Shown here piece after piece: positions 39,962-50,466 of a stretch of 64,000 nt of DNA. Position 1 is the first letter of the stretch, and each line of letters begins with the position of its first letter. Source of the DNA: Terriglobia bacterium. GTDB taxonomy: Bacteria; Acidobacteriota; Polarisedimenticolia; Polarisedimenticolales; JAIQFR01. The notes beneath the pieces were generated by a model, which saw only the letters and a list, made by a program, of their open reading frames with translations, did not search any database and had not been told where the DNA came from. The stretch lies in assembly GCA_963748015.1 (NCBI GenBank), contig CAVVHE010000008.1, positions 64,001-128,000 of the forward strand, in the 5' to 3' direction. The translations under genes were made by a program, and so were the position numbers.

Positions 39962-42900
39962 CTAATCGTCCCAGCCGAACCGCTCCGACACGCGCTCGAG
40001 CCACACGTACGTGGCCGGGTGGATCGTGTCGCCGCCTTCCTTTTCGAAGAAGAACGGCTTGCGCTTGACCTTGGCGGGCGCGACCTGGTCCATCGTGCTC
40101 GCGTCGTAGAGGCGGCCGTTGAGCATCGTGAAGGCGATCTTCTCGGAGTCGCGGATGTCCTCGAGCGGCTTGCCGTCGATGACGACGAGGTCGGCGAGCT
40201 TCCCGGGCTCGATCGAGCCGAGGTCCTTGTCCAATCCGAGGTAGCGCGCGCCGTCGAGGCTGGCGCTGCGGAACGCCTCCCACGGGGTGAAGCCGCCCTG
40301 GACCATGCTCCAGATCTCCCAGTGGGCGGCGAGCCCCGCGCGCTGGCCGTGCGCGCCGATCTGCACCGACACCCCCTTCGAGCGGAGGACGTGCGCCTCC
40401 TCGGCGACGCGGACGTGGTTGTAGTGCGCGTCCGGGGCCTTGGTGCGGCGCATGGAGCGCGGTTCGACGATGAAGCGCGGGGTGAACGTCATGAGGCGCT
40501 GGTCCTTCCACACGTCCGTGCGGTCGTACCAGTAGTTCTCGCCGGAGATGCCGCCGTAGGCGACGACGAACGTCGGCGTGTAGCCGACCTTGGTCTTCTG
40601 ACCAGAGCTGCCTCGCGTCGTCGTAGAGCCTGACGAGCGGGGTCGCGTGCTCGATCCCGGTGTGGCCGTCCACGATCTGCGTCATGTTGGACTGGTACTT
40701 CGCGCCTCCCTCGGGCACGACCATCATCCCGAGGTCCCGGGCCGCGGCGAGGATCTGCTGCCGCTGGTCGCGGCGCGGAAGCTGGTAGGACTTGACGGAG
40801 ATCGCGCCGGCCTCCTTGAGGCGCCTCACGTGGAACGCCGCGTCGTCGAGGGAGTCCACGTCGGCGGTCACCGAGGGCTCGTGCGCGCCGTAGAGGATCG
40901 TCCCCGTCGAGAAGATCCGGGGGGCCACGACGAGGCCGGCCTTCTGTAGCTCGGCCGCGGCGAAGACGCTCGCGGTGTCGTTCGAGGGGTCGTGGATCGT
41001 GGTCACGCCGAAGGCGAGGTTCGCGAGCTGCATCCAGTTCTGGTCGGGGACGAGCCCCTCGTTCGCGAACGGGCCGTGCGCGTGCGCGTCGACGAAGCCC
41101 GGGACGATCGTCTTGCCGCTCACGTCGAAGACCGCGGCGCCTTCCGGGATCGCAACACTCGAGGCGGGGCCGACCGCCTCGATCCGGTTCCCCTTCACGA
41201 CGACGACGCCGTTCTCGACGATCTCCTGCCTCGCGTCCGCATCGCGCAACGTCACGATCCGCGCCCCCTTGAGCACGATCGTCCCGGCGGGGCGGTCGGA
41301 CGGCACACGGAACTTCAGGTCGGTGCCTTCCTCGACCGGTTCGGGGAGCTTGTCGGGCGCCCCCGCGAGGAACGCGAACGCGTCCTTGAGATCGCGCGTG
41401 TAGAGCGTCGGCCCGTGGCTCCAGTGCAGGGCCTTCCCGTCGCCGGACCAGTGCAGCGACTCGCCCGACCGCTTCGACACCTGCTTCACGGGGATCGCCT
41501 TGGTGCCGGAGCCGATGTCCACGGGCTTGCCGGTCGAGGCGAACGGGGCGACGAAGACGTTCCACTTCGCGGTGAACGCGACGAACCGGCCGTCCGGCGA
41601 GACGGCGAACTCCGTGGCCTCGTCGCTCTTGAGATGCGTGCGAGCGTCCACGCCGTCGAGGTTCACGCTCTTGAAATGGAGGTTGGTCTCGTCCGCGGGC
41701 TCCGAGAAGAACACGCGGTCGCTCGCGGCGCCGAACTGGGCGTTGACCCCGTTCTTCGAGAGCAGCTTCGCCTCGCCGCCGGAGGCGGGGATCAGGTAGA
41801 CGCCGGGATCCATGGACCAGGCGCCGGCGCTCATGTAGCCGTCGGTGACCTTCCGGAACACGAGCCACTTGCCGTCGGGGGAGAAGCGGGGCTCGACGTA
41901 GTGGCCCGGGTCCTTCGTGACGGCGCGCCCCTCGCCGCCGCCGGCCGGGACGACGCGAAGGGAGCCGTAGGCCTCGTCGTTCCACGTCGTGTACGCGATC
42001 CACTGCCCGTCGCGCGAGAACGACGGGTGGAACTCCGTGTGATCCGTCTGGGCGGTGAGCCGCCTCGGCGCGCCGCCCTTCGCGTCCCGGACGTACAGGC
42101 GCCCGAGCGCCTGGAAGACGATCCTCGACCCGTCCGGGGAAAGCTGGGCCCAGCGCGGCATCTTGACGTCGAACTCGGCGGGGGCCACGTCCACGGGGAA
42201 GCGGACGGCGGGGGCGACCTTTCGCGAGGTCTTCACGTGAACGGGAATGACCGCGTCCTCCTTCGTCCGGACGTTCACGCGGCGGATCTTCCCCCCGGCC
42301 CAGAACACGATGGACGTCCCGTCGGGGGTCCACGCGAACGCCGTGGTGTTCCCCTGGCTGCCGTCGGTCTCCTGGAGGTCGCGGTCGAGGCGCGTGTACA
42401 CGGGCCGCTCGGTCCCGCTCGCGAGGTCCTTCACGTAGAGCGCGCTCACCATGTCCGGCGTGCGCTTGACGTACGCGAGCGACTTGCCGTCCCGCGACGG
42501 CGTCGGGCGGATCGCGCCGCCGGCCCCCTCGACGATCGTGTCCACCTCGCCGTTCTTCCGGTCCAGGCGGCGAATGGAGAAGATCCGGCCGGTGGAGTCC
42601 TTGTCGTACTGCCACACCCGTCCCGGCGTCGTGTCCTGGCTGTAGTAGAGGTACCGGCCGTCGGGGGAGAGCGCCGGCTCCGCGATGGTCTTCTGCGCCT
42701 TGGCGCCGTCGGGCCGCTCGACGAGCACGAGGCCGCCGCCGCCGCCCACGCTGAAGAGCCAGATCTCCCCCGCGGCGATGCTGCGCGTCGAGGTGAAGTC
42801 CTTCTTCGCGACGAGGTACTCGCCGTCCGCGCTCCATGACGGGTTGTGGACGAGGTGCTCCTTCTCCTCGGTGACGGCCGTGGGGTTCGTCCCGTCCGCG

Positions 42901-43271
42901 TTCATGAGCCAGAGGTTGTCGGCGCCGCCGCGGTCGCTGATGAAGGCGATCTTCTTCCCGTCCGGGCTGAACCGCGGCTCGGTGTCCCACGGGATCCCTT
43001 CCGTCAGCGGCTTCGCTTCGCCCCCCTCCGATGGAATCGCGTAGAGGTCGCCGAGCATGTCGAAGACGATCGTCTTCCCGTCCGGGCTGATGTCCACACT
43101 CGACCACGTCGTCTCGGAGGTGTCGATCGGGACGGAGGCCCAGGCTCCCGGCGGGTTCGCCACGTCCCACTTCTTCTCGTCCTTCTTGTCCGCCGCGGCG
43201 TGCAGGGCCGTGGACGAGAGCGCCAGCAGGACGCCGGCGATCCAAGCGAGAACCGGGCGACAGGTCTTCAT
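39962..43271 (-). CDS. Secreted PD40 beta-propeller + amidohydrolase family protein (frameshift at ~40597)
   Basis: Signal peptide and PD40 repeats. 'PGFVDAHAH', 'GVTTIHDP', 'GHTGIEH', 'GSIEPGKLADLVV'. Confidence 0.88.
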
Positions 43272-43411
43272 GGTCGAGCCCTTTCGAAGGGAGCGGCGCG
43301 CCTCTCCCGGGAATGCGCTACGAAAGACCCCATGCTAGCGCACGGCGGCGAGCCGCGCAGCGCCGTCCATGCGGCGCGGGAGGGCTCCGGAGGGGGGATT
43401 CCGACGGGAGA

Positions 43412-44227
43412 CTAGGTGCCCGCGCAGATCGTGAAATCGGTGAGGTCCGGGTTGACGAAGTCCACCTGAGCGCAGCCGCCGGAGAGGGTCACCGCGGCCA
43501 CCTCGGTCCCGTTGACCTGGATCGTGCCGGTCATCGTCTCGCGGTTCAGGACGAAGCGGATCGTGTTGCCGCGCGGACCGGTGACGGTCTCCTCGAAGCG
43601 CGTCGGAGAGACGACGACGACCACCACCAGGGAGGTGCCCCCGGCCGGGGTCACCGTGTGGGTCATGGCGAGGTTGTAGTCCGTGACCTGGCCCCCCGCG
43701 TCGCGGGTCACGTCGCCGGTGGCGGTCCAGGTCGCGACGCCGAGGAGGCTCGTCGCCGAGGCGTTGAAGTTGACCGCGTAGCGGATTCCGCTCGGGGGTT
43801 GATCGACCGATGGCGTCACGACGAGCGTTCCCTCGACGGCGACCGAGACGCCGTCGATGACGAGGGTTCCCGAGAACGTGAACGTCCCGGTCCCCTCGGT
43901 CGTCGCGGAGCAGGTTCCGGTGATGCCGTTGCCGAGGTCGAATGTCGCCGGGCAGGCGGGCGGCGGCGCGACCGGCGCGACCGGCGCGCCGGCGACCAGC
44001 TTCGTCATCCCGGTGGAAACACCCATCCGGCCGACCATCGCCCCGATCAGCTCCGCGGAAGCCGCGGCGGACGGTCCCGTCATCGAGACCGCCAGCGCGC
44101 TGGCGTTGACGTCCGCCTGCGTGTCCGCGTTGCTCGGCTGTGCGACGTCGTTGCTCGAGCAGCCGATCGCCGCGGCCAGCCCGGCGAGGACGACTACCGC
44201 GATCCACCCGAAGCCGATCTTGCGCAT
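43412..44227 (-). CDS. Hypothetical beta-rich lipoprotein
   Basis: RBS GAGGAG, lipobox 'AIGC', Thr/Val/Gly-rich sequence. Confidence 0.7.
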   Translation of the reverse strand: MRKIGFGWIAVVVLAGLAAAIGCSSNDVAQPSNADTQADVNASALAVSMTGPSAAASAELIGAMVGRMGVSTGMTKLVAGAPVAPVAPPPACPATFDLGNGITGTCSATTEGTGTFTFSGTLVIDGVSVAVEGTLVVTPSVDQPPSGIRYAVNFNASATSLLGVATWTATGDVTRDAGGQVTDYNLAMTHTVTPAGGTSLVVVVVVSPTRFEETVTGPRGNTIRFVLNRETMTGTIQVNGTEVAAVTLSGGCAQVDFVNPDLTDFTICAGT

Positions 44228-44485
44228 CCGCTGCTCCTCACCCCTCGTGAATGGACTCGGGACGGGCGGGCAGAGGGATCCGGCCGTCCGAAGGGAAGCT
44301 AGCGGCCGGATGCGCCGGAATCAAGGGAAGGAACCGTAACCGGCGGGCCGAAATGGAGTTACGCCGCGATCGCGATACCGGTTCGTAAGTCGGATCACGA
44401 TCCCGGAATCTGCGACGGTCCCGGCGCGACGCGTCCCAGGTAGAATCGCCGCCGCCGCCGGACGCGGCGCGCCGAGGAGGGGCTC

Positions 44486-45823
44486 GTGGAGGCGATCGAA
44501 AAAGCTCTCGGGACGATAAGCGATTTCGTGTGGGGGTACCCCCTCCTCATCCTTCTTTTCGGAACGCACATCTACCTGACGATCCGGCTGCGCTTCATCC
44601 AGCGCTACATCGGCCGGGCGATCCGGCTCTCGTTCCAGCGGAAGGCGGAAGGCGAGGGCGACGTGAGCCACTTCGGCGCGCTCACGACCGCGCTCGCGGC
44701 GACGATCGGCACCGGGAACATCGTCGGGGTCGCGACGGCGGTCGCGGCGGGAGGCCCCGGCGCGGTGTTCTGGATGTGGCTCACGGGGGTGTTCGGGATC
44801 GCGACGAAGTACGCGGAGGCGGTCCTGTCCGTGAAGTACCGCATCCGCGGCGAGAGCGGCCTGATGGCGGGCGGGCCGATGTACGTGCTCGAGCGCGGCA
44901 TGGGGGCGAGGTGGCTCGGCATGGTGTTCGCGGCGCTGACGGCCGTCGCCGCGTTCGGCATCGGGAACATGGTCCAGGCGAACTCGATCTCGCAGATGCT
45001 CCTCGAGACGTGGCAGGTGTCCCCCTGGGTGTCGGGCGCCGTGATGACGGTCCTGACCGCGGTCGTGATCCTCGGCGGGATCAAGTCGATCGCGCGGGTG
45101 TGCGAGGGACTCGTTCCGTTCATGGCGGTCTTCTATGTCCTGGGCTGCGTGGTGCTGCTCGCGATCGGTTGGAGGACGCTGCCGGCGACCGTCGTCCTGA
45201 TCTTCAAGACCGCCTTCACGGGGCAGGCGGCGCTCGGCGGATTCCTCGGGGCGGGGATCCGCGAGGCGATCCGTTACGGCATCGCGCGCGGCCTGTTCTC
45301 GAACGAGTCGGGCCTCGGGAGCGCGCCGATCGTCGCCGCCGCGGCGATGACGAAGAACCCGGTGCGGCAGGCGCTCGTCTCCTCGACCGGGACGTTCTGG
45401 GACACCGTCGTCGTGTGCGCGATGACCGGCCTCGTCCTGGTGAACTCGGGGGACTGGACGAAGGGGCTGACCGGGGCGGCGCTCACGAAGAACGCGTTCG
45501 CGGAGTTCCCCCTCGTGGGTCCCGCCGTCCTGAGCGTCGGCCTCCTGACCTTCGTCTTCTCGACGATCCTCGGCTGGTCGTACTACGGCGAGAAGGCGGC
45601 CGAGTACCTGTTCGGCGGCCGCGCGGTGCTGCCGTACCGGTTCCTCTGGGTCGCGGCGGTGATGGTCGGCTCCGTCACCTCGCTCCGCGCCGTGTGGTCC
45701 TTCGCGGACATCGCCAACGGCCTGATGGCGATCCCGAACCTCGTCTCCCTCATCGCCCTCTCCGGCGTCCTCGTCTCCGAAACCCGCACCTACCTCTGGA
45801 GCGACAACCTCGACTCCGACTGA
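44486..45823 (+). CDS. agcS: Sodium:alanine/glycine symporter (AGCS family)
   Basis: 'ALAATIGTGNIVGVATA', 'GGPGAVFWMW', 'RGLFSNESGLGS', 'GWSYYGE'. Confidence 0.92.
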   Translation: MEAIEKALGTISDFVWGYPLLILLFGTHIYLTIRLRFIQRYIGRAIRLSFQRKAEGEGDVSHFGALTTALAATIGTGNIVGVATAVAAGGPGAVFWMWLTGVFGIATKYAEAVLSVKYRIRGESGLMAGGPMYVLERGMGARWLGMVFAALTAVAAFGIGNMVQANSISQMLLETWQVSPWVSGAVMTVLTAVVILGGIKSIARVCEGLVPFMAVFYVLGCVVLLAIGWRTLPATVVLIFKTAFTGQAALGGFLGAGIREAIRYGIARGLFSNESGLGSAPIVAAAAMTKNPVRQALVSSTGTFWDTVVVCAMTGLVLVNSGDWTKGLTGAALTKNAFAEFPLVGPAVLSVGLLTFVFSTILGWSYYGEKAAEYLFGGRAVLPYRFLWVAAVMVGSVTSLRAVWSFADIANGLMAIPNLVSLIALSGVLVSETRTYLWSDNLDSD

Positions 45824-45836
45824 GCCGGGGACCGTT

Positions 45837-47204
45837 TCACTCGAGGGAGCCGTCGAGGAGGAGTTTCAGGTTGACGGCGGCGCGGACGTCGGAGGGGTCG
45901 AGCGAGAGGGCTCGGCGGAGGGCGGACTCGGCGTCGGCGCGACGCCCGGCGAGGGCGTAGGCGTAGCCGAGGTTGTTGAGGGCGCGGCCGTTCGCGGGCG
46001 TCTTGCGCGCCACGTCTTCCCAGAAGACGATCTCGTTCGCGTAGACGGCGTTCCTGCGGATGGTGGCGGCACCGAGGACGAGCACGACACCGGTCAGGAT
46101 CGCGAGGACGGTCCGGCGCCGCCAGGCGACCCTCGACAAACCCCACGCCAGAAGCCACGCGGGACCGATCGAGGCGACGTAGAGCTGCCGGTCGTTCGCC
46201 ACGTCGAGGCGAGGGAGAACGGAGTTCGTCGGGGCCAGCCAGAGGAAGAACCAGAGGACGCCGAACGCGAGGGCGGGGCGCTTGCGGGACGCGAGGAGCG
46301 CGAGGGCGACGAGCGCGGCGAGGACGGTCGCCTCGAGCGCCGCCGCCGGGCTCCACGCGCTCACGACCGGGAGCAGCGGGTCGGCGTTCAGCCGGTCGAG
46401 CCGCACGAGCTGCCCGGCGAGGTAGGTGACGCCCCCCGCCTGGGTGAGGAGGTTCTCCCCGATGCCTCGCGCGGCGAGGCTCGCCGCCGCGAGGTGCCGG
46501 TACGCCGGACTCGCGAGAGCGGCCGCCGCGCCCGCGAGGAGCACCGCGCCGTGGACCGCCGTCGCGGCCGCGGCGTCGCGGAAGCGGAACGGGCGGCGCG
46601 TGTCCGTGAGCAGCCACAGCGCGATCGCCAGCGGCAGGACGGCCGCGGTCTCCTTCACGCCGAGAGCGAGCGCGAAGAGGAGCGGGGAGAGGCCGTGCGA
46701 GAGCAAGGGCCGTCCGCGCTCCCTCCCCTCGATCCACGCGACGAGGCTGCCGAGCGCGAACAGCGCGGCGAGCGACGTCGAGCGGCCGCACACGTAGGTG
46801 ACGGCTTCCGTCTGCACGGGGTGGAGGGCGAAGAGGAGCGCGCCCGAGAGCGCGGCGAAGCGCGCGCGCTCCTCATCCAGGCCGTGCCGCAGCGCGAGCC
46901 GCGAGAGGAGCGCTCCCACGAGGAGCGCGCACGCGGCGTGCACGGCGACGTTCGCGCCCCGGAAGCCGGCCACCCCGAGGCCGGACGCGTGGTTCAGCGC
47001 GTAGCTCGCCTTGAGGAGCGGCCGGATCCCGGGCATCGCCCCCCACCACGCCCGGAGCGACTGCACGCGCGGGTCGGAAACGACGACGTTGAAGTCGTCG
47101 AACTGGAAGCTCGCGCCGAGGCTGCTCGCGTAGACAGCCACGGTCGCGGCCACGATCGCGGCGGCGGCGAGCCCGCGGTGTCCGCCCGCCTCAGTGTCCG
47201 GCAC
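45837..47204 (-). CDS. TMTC-like GT-C membrane glycosyltransferase with short TPR tail
   Basis: 'FQFDDFNVV', 'RPLLKASY', 'LFALHPVQTEAVTYVCGRS', 'GVKE', 'NDRQLY', 'RALNNLG'. GTG start overlaps the upstream gene end. Confidence 0.82.
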   Translation of the reverse strand: MPDTEAGGHRGLAAAAIVAATVAVYASSLGASFQFDDFNVVVSDPRVQSLRAWWGAMPGIRPLLKASYALNHASGLGVAGFRGANVAVHAACALLVGALLSRLALRHGLDEERARFAALSGALLFALHPVQTEAVTYVCGRSTSLAALFALGSLVAWIEGRERGRPLLSHGLSPLLFALALGVKETAAVLPLAIALWLLTDTRRPFRFRDAAAATAVHGAVLLAGAAAALASPAYRHLAAASLAARGIGENLLTQAGGVTYLAGQLVRLDRLNADPLLPVVSAWSPAAALEATVLAALVALALLASRKRPALAFGVLWFFLWLAPTNSVLPRLDVANDRQLYVASIGPAWLLAWGLSRVAWRRRTVLAILTGVVLVLGAATIRRNAVYANEIVFWEDVARKTPANGRALNNLGYAYALAGRRADAESALRRALSLDPSDVRAAVNLKLLLDGSLE

Positions 47205-48030
47205 GCGCCGCCTCGAACGCGCGCTCGACGAGGGCCGCCGCGGTCCACCAGCGGTCGGGCGCATCGAGCAGGACGGCGAGGACCCGGTGCCCGTCCCGCT
47301 CGGCGAGAACGACGACGCACTTCCCGGCCTTCGCCGTGTAGCCGGTCTTGACGCCCTTGGTCCCGGGCAGGCTCCCGAGGAGCTTGTTCGAGGTCTCCAC
47401 GGCGAGCTCCCGCCCCGCGGCCGTCCGGACGGTCGCGCGCTCGAGGGCGACGGCCCGGGCGAACTCGGGCTTCTCGAGCGCGGCCTCCGCGAGACGCCGG
47501 AGGTCGCGCGCCGAGGAAACCTGGCCGGCGCGGTCGTGACCACACGGGTCCTCGAAGTGCGTCGCCTTCAGCCCCAGCGCCGCGGCCCGCGCGTTCATGG
47601 CTTCCACGAACGCCGGGGCACTCCCGCCCGCGTGCTCCGCGAGGGCAAGACAGGCATCGTTCGCCGACCCCACGAGCATCGCGTTCAGGAGGTCGCCCGC
47701 CGCGACGCGGTCCCCTCGCTTCAGCCCGAGCCGCGTGCCGGTCTCCGCGGCCGCCGCGGCGCTCACCTCCACGGCGGCGCCGGGGTCGTACCCCTTCTCG
47801 AGGACGACGAGCGCCGTCATCATCTTGGTCAGGGACGCGGGGCGCCGGCGCGCGTCGGCGGCCCGCTCCCAGAGGACGGCGCCGTCGAGGGCGACGAGGT
47901 ACGACGCCGCGGCCTTCGGGAACGGGTCGGAAGGCGGCGGCGCGCCCGCGCCGGCGGCCGACACCGCGAGCGCCGCAATAGCCGCGATCGGCCAAGCGGC
48001 GGCGCGCCGCATCGCGATCCGGCTCGTCAT
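47191..48030 (-). CDS. D-alanyl-D-alanine carboxypeptidase (peptidase S11)
   Basis: SxxK 'ASLTK', SxN 'SAND', and KTG 'VKTGYT' motifs, with a signal peptide. Confidence 0.9.
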   Translation of the reverse strand: MTSRIAMRRAAAWPIAAIAALAVSAAGAGAPPPSDPFPKAAASYLVALDGAVLWERAADARRRPASLTKMMTALVVLEKGYDPGAAVEVSAAAAAETGTRLGLKRGDRVAAGDLLNAMLVGSANDACLALAEHAGGSAPAFVEAMNARAAALGLKATHFEDPCGHDRAGQVSSARDLRRLAEAALEKPEFARAVALERATVRTAAGRELAVETSNKLLGSLPGTKGVKTGYTAKAGKCVVVLAERDGHRVLAVLLDAPDRWWTAAALVERAFEAARAGH

Positions 48031-48031
48031 C

Positions 48032-49015
48032 CTACTTGCCGAAGAGGCCCCGGATCTTCTTCTTGGCCTTGTCGACCGCGCTCGCCTTGGGGTCGGCCTC
48101 TGCGGGCTTGGCTTCTTCCGCCTTGGCGCCGGCGAGCATGTCGGCCGCGAACGTCGAGCAGAAGCCCTGGTACTTGCTTCCCGTCAGCGCCGTGTACTTG
48201 CGCCCCGCGCACTCGCGCTGGGCAAGCGCCTTGGTCTCCGCCGGGCAGTTCTTGCCGAGGAACTCGAACGAGTCTTGGGTCAGCGCCTTCGGGCAGAGAT
48301 CGGCGAGCAGGGTCTGCTCGCTCGTGCCGCAGAACTTCGCCGCGGCGGCGAGGTTGTTCGGGCTCGACGGCTCCTTGGGCAGGCGGCCGAATCCCTCCAT
48401 CGTCCCCAGGTTCTTGCAGAACTCCGCCTTCTGCGCCGGTTCCTTGCAAAGCGCCGAGGGGCCGTCGAAGAACATCAGCGTGAGCGTCTTGGCCCCGTCC
48501 TCGCAGACCTTCGCCATCGCGTTCTCGTTCGCCACCTGCATCTCGGCCACCTGGCGCTTGAGCTCGCCGGCATCGCACTCCTGGTGGAGGTTGCGCCCCG
48601 AGAGCTTCGTGAGCATCTCGCCCTCCGCCGTCTTCATCGTCACCGTGCCCTTGAAGGCGTCCTGCCCCTCGAACGTGAGCTCGCCGGTCCCCGTCGCGGG
48701 CGGGTTCCCCTTGCACCGCATGCTCCACGACATCCTCCCCGGCGAGGACTTGACGTCCAGCATCTCGCACTCGTGGTTCTTGTCCGCCGTCGGGGGCTCC
48801 TTCCACTCGCCCTTCGGGCGGCAGACCCGCGACGTCTGGGGCGGCATCGCCATGCCCATCCCCGACATCTCGACGGTGTTCTCCCACAGCTCGCCCGGCT
48901 CCTTCCCCGCCGGGGCGGGGGCGGCGGGCTTCTCGGCAAGCGTGGGCAGGGCGACGGCAACGAGTAACGCCGCGGCGACGGCGGCGAGCCGGATCACGTT
49001 CGGGCGCGCGCTCAT
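48032..49015 (-). CDS. DUF3617-like secreted protein with Cys-rich helical extension
   Basis: Signal peptide. 'PGELWENTVEMSGMGMAMPPQTSRVC...C...WSMRC' matches the DUF3617 pattern, with many additional Cys. Confidence 0.65.
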   Translation of the reverse strand: MSARPNVIRLAAVAAALLVAVALPTLAEKPAAPAPAGKEPGELWENTVEMSGMGMAMPPQTSRVCRPKGEWKEPPTADKNHECEMLDVKSSPGRMSWSMRCKGNPPATGTGELTFEGQDAFKGTVTMKTAEGEMLTKLSGRNLHQECDAGELKRQVAEMQVANENAMAKVCEDGAKTLTLMFFDGPSALCKEPAQKAEFCKNLGTMEGFGRLPKEPSSPNNLAAAAKFCGTSEQTLLADLCPKALTQDSFEFLGKNCPAETKALAQRECAGRKYTALTGSKYQGFCSTFAADMLAGAKAEEAKPAEADPKASAVDKAKKKIRGLFGK

Positions 49016-49205
49016 GCTGGGGACCTCCTCCGAATGCGCCGGGGCGAGGAGTCCCGACGCGACGAGGGATTATACGCCGCCGCCGACGCCGGGCCCGGAC
49101 GTGCGGGCGCCATGGCGTCGGAACCCGGCTCCTCGTTACCCGACAATCAGGCCGGAATCTCGCTCTTTTCGTCCCGAACTGTTACGCCAGTGACGTCCGA
49201 CCCCA

Positions 49206-50465
49206 TCACTCGTGCCGCAGCGACTCGATCGGGTCGAGGCGCGCGGCGCGCCAGGCGGGGTAGGTGCCGAAGAAGAGGCCGACGAGGGCGGAGACGATGA
49301 GGCCCGCGGCGACCGCGGAGGCGGAGAAGGTCGCCGGGAAGCGGCTGAGCGCGGCCACGAGGCGGGCGACGCCGAGGCCCACGAGGACACCCGTCGCGCC
49401 TCCGACCATCGTCAGCGTCACGGCCTCGGTCAGGAACTGCTGGAGGACGTCGCGGCGGCGCGCGCCGAGGGCCTTTCGGATCCCGATCTCGCGGGTCCGC
49501 TGGGTCACGTTCATCAGCATGATGTTCATGACGCCGACGCCGCCGATCACGAGGCTGATCCCCGCGATGGCGATCATCGCGGCGCCGATGCCGCCGGTGA
49601 TCTGGCGGAACAGCCGGATGTACCGGTCGGGGGTCCGGATCGCGAAGTTGTTCGGTTGATTGAAACGGAGCCCGCGCCGGTCGCGGAGGATCTGCGTTCC
49701 CTGCTCGATCGCGAGGTTGACCCACTCCGGCTTCTTCGGGATCGTCGCGATCACGCACCCGTAGGTTTTCTGCACCTCGGGCCAGATCCGGTCGAACGCC
49801 CCCATCGGGATCGCCATCTGGAGGTTCGCGCCCCCCTGGTCGAGGAAGCCCCCCTTGTCCTCGAACACGCCGATCACGCGGAACGGGCGGCCGTTGATCT
49901 CGAGCTGGCGCCCGAGCGGGTCGATCCGCGGGAACAGCGCCTCGACGACCCCTTTCCCTATCACCACCACCTGGGCCGCGTGGCGGTCCTCTCCCTCGGT
50001 GAAGAAGCGGCCCTGCTGGACGTAGTGGCTGTTGGCGTCCGGGTACCAGTGAGTGACGCCGCCGACGGTCGCCCCCTCGACGCGCTCCCCGCGCCAGCGC
50101 ACCTCGATCCCCTGGAACTGCCAGCGCTCGGGCGACACGTACCGGATCGACCACGCGTAGCGCTGGATCGCCCGCGCGTCGTCGAGGGTGAGCACCGGCC
50201 GGATGCGCTCCTCCTCGCGCGGCGGGCCGCCGAAGTCCGCCTCGCGGATCTGGAACTGGACGAGCGTGGCGCCGAACTGGCGGAAGGACGCGATGAACTG
50301 CTCGTTGAAGCCCTGGATCAGCGAGACCATGACGATCACGGTCGCCACGCCGATCACGATGCCGAGGCAGGTCAGGAGCGACCTCAGCTTCTGGTCCCGG
50401 ATCGAGCGGAACGCCGACGCGACGTTCTCGCGGCGCGCGGACAGGCTCGCGCGAAGGCGGCTCAT
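49206..50465 (-). CDS. MacB/FtsX-type ABC transporter permease
   Basis: 'KLRSLLTCLGIVIGVATV', 'GGVGVMNIMLMNVTQRTREIGIRKALGA', 'AARLDPIESLRHE'. Confidence 0.92.
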   Translation of the reverse strand: MSRLRASLSARRENVASAFRSIRDQKLRSLLTCLGIVIGVATVIVMVSLIQGFNEQFIASFRQFGATLVQFQIREADFGGPPREEERIRPVLTLDDARAIQRYAWSIRYVSPERWQFQGIEVRWRGERVEGATVGGVTHWYPDANSHYVQQGRFFTEGEDRHAAQVVVIGKGVVEALFPRIDPLGRQLEINGRPFRVIGVFEDKGGFLDQGGANLQMAIPMGAFDRIWPEVQKTYGCVIATIPKKPEWVNLAIEQGTQILRDRRGLRFNQPNNFAIRTPDRYIRLFRQITGGIGAAMIAIAGISLVIGGVGVMNIMLMNVTQRTREIGIRKALGARRRDVLQQFLTEAVTLTMVGGATGVLVGLGVARLVAALSRFPATFSASAVAAGLIVSALVGLFFGTYPAWRAARLDPIESLRHE

Positions 50466-50466
50466 C

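Noticed and set aside
44228..44485. Glycine riboswitch upstream of the AGCS symporter
   Set aside because: CCGAAGG is present, but the GGAGAG and CTCTCAGG elements and the tandem aptamer arrangement are missing.
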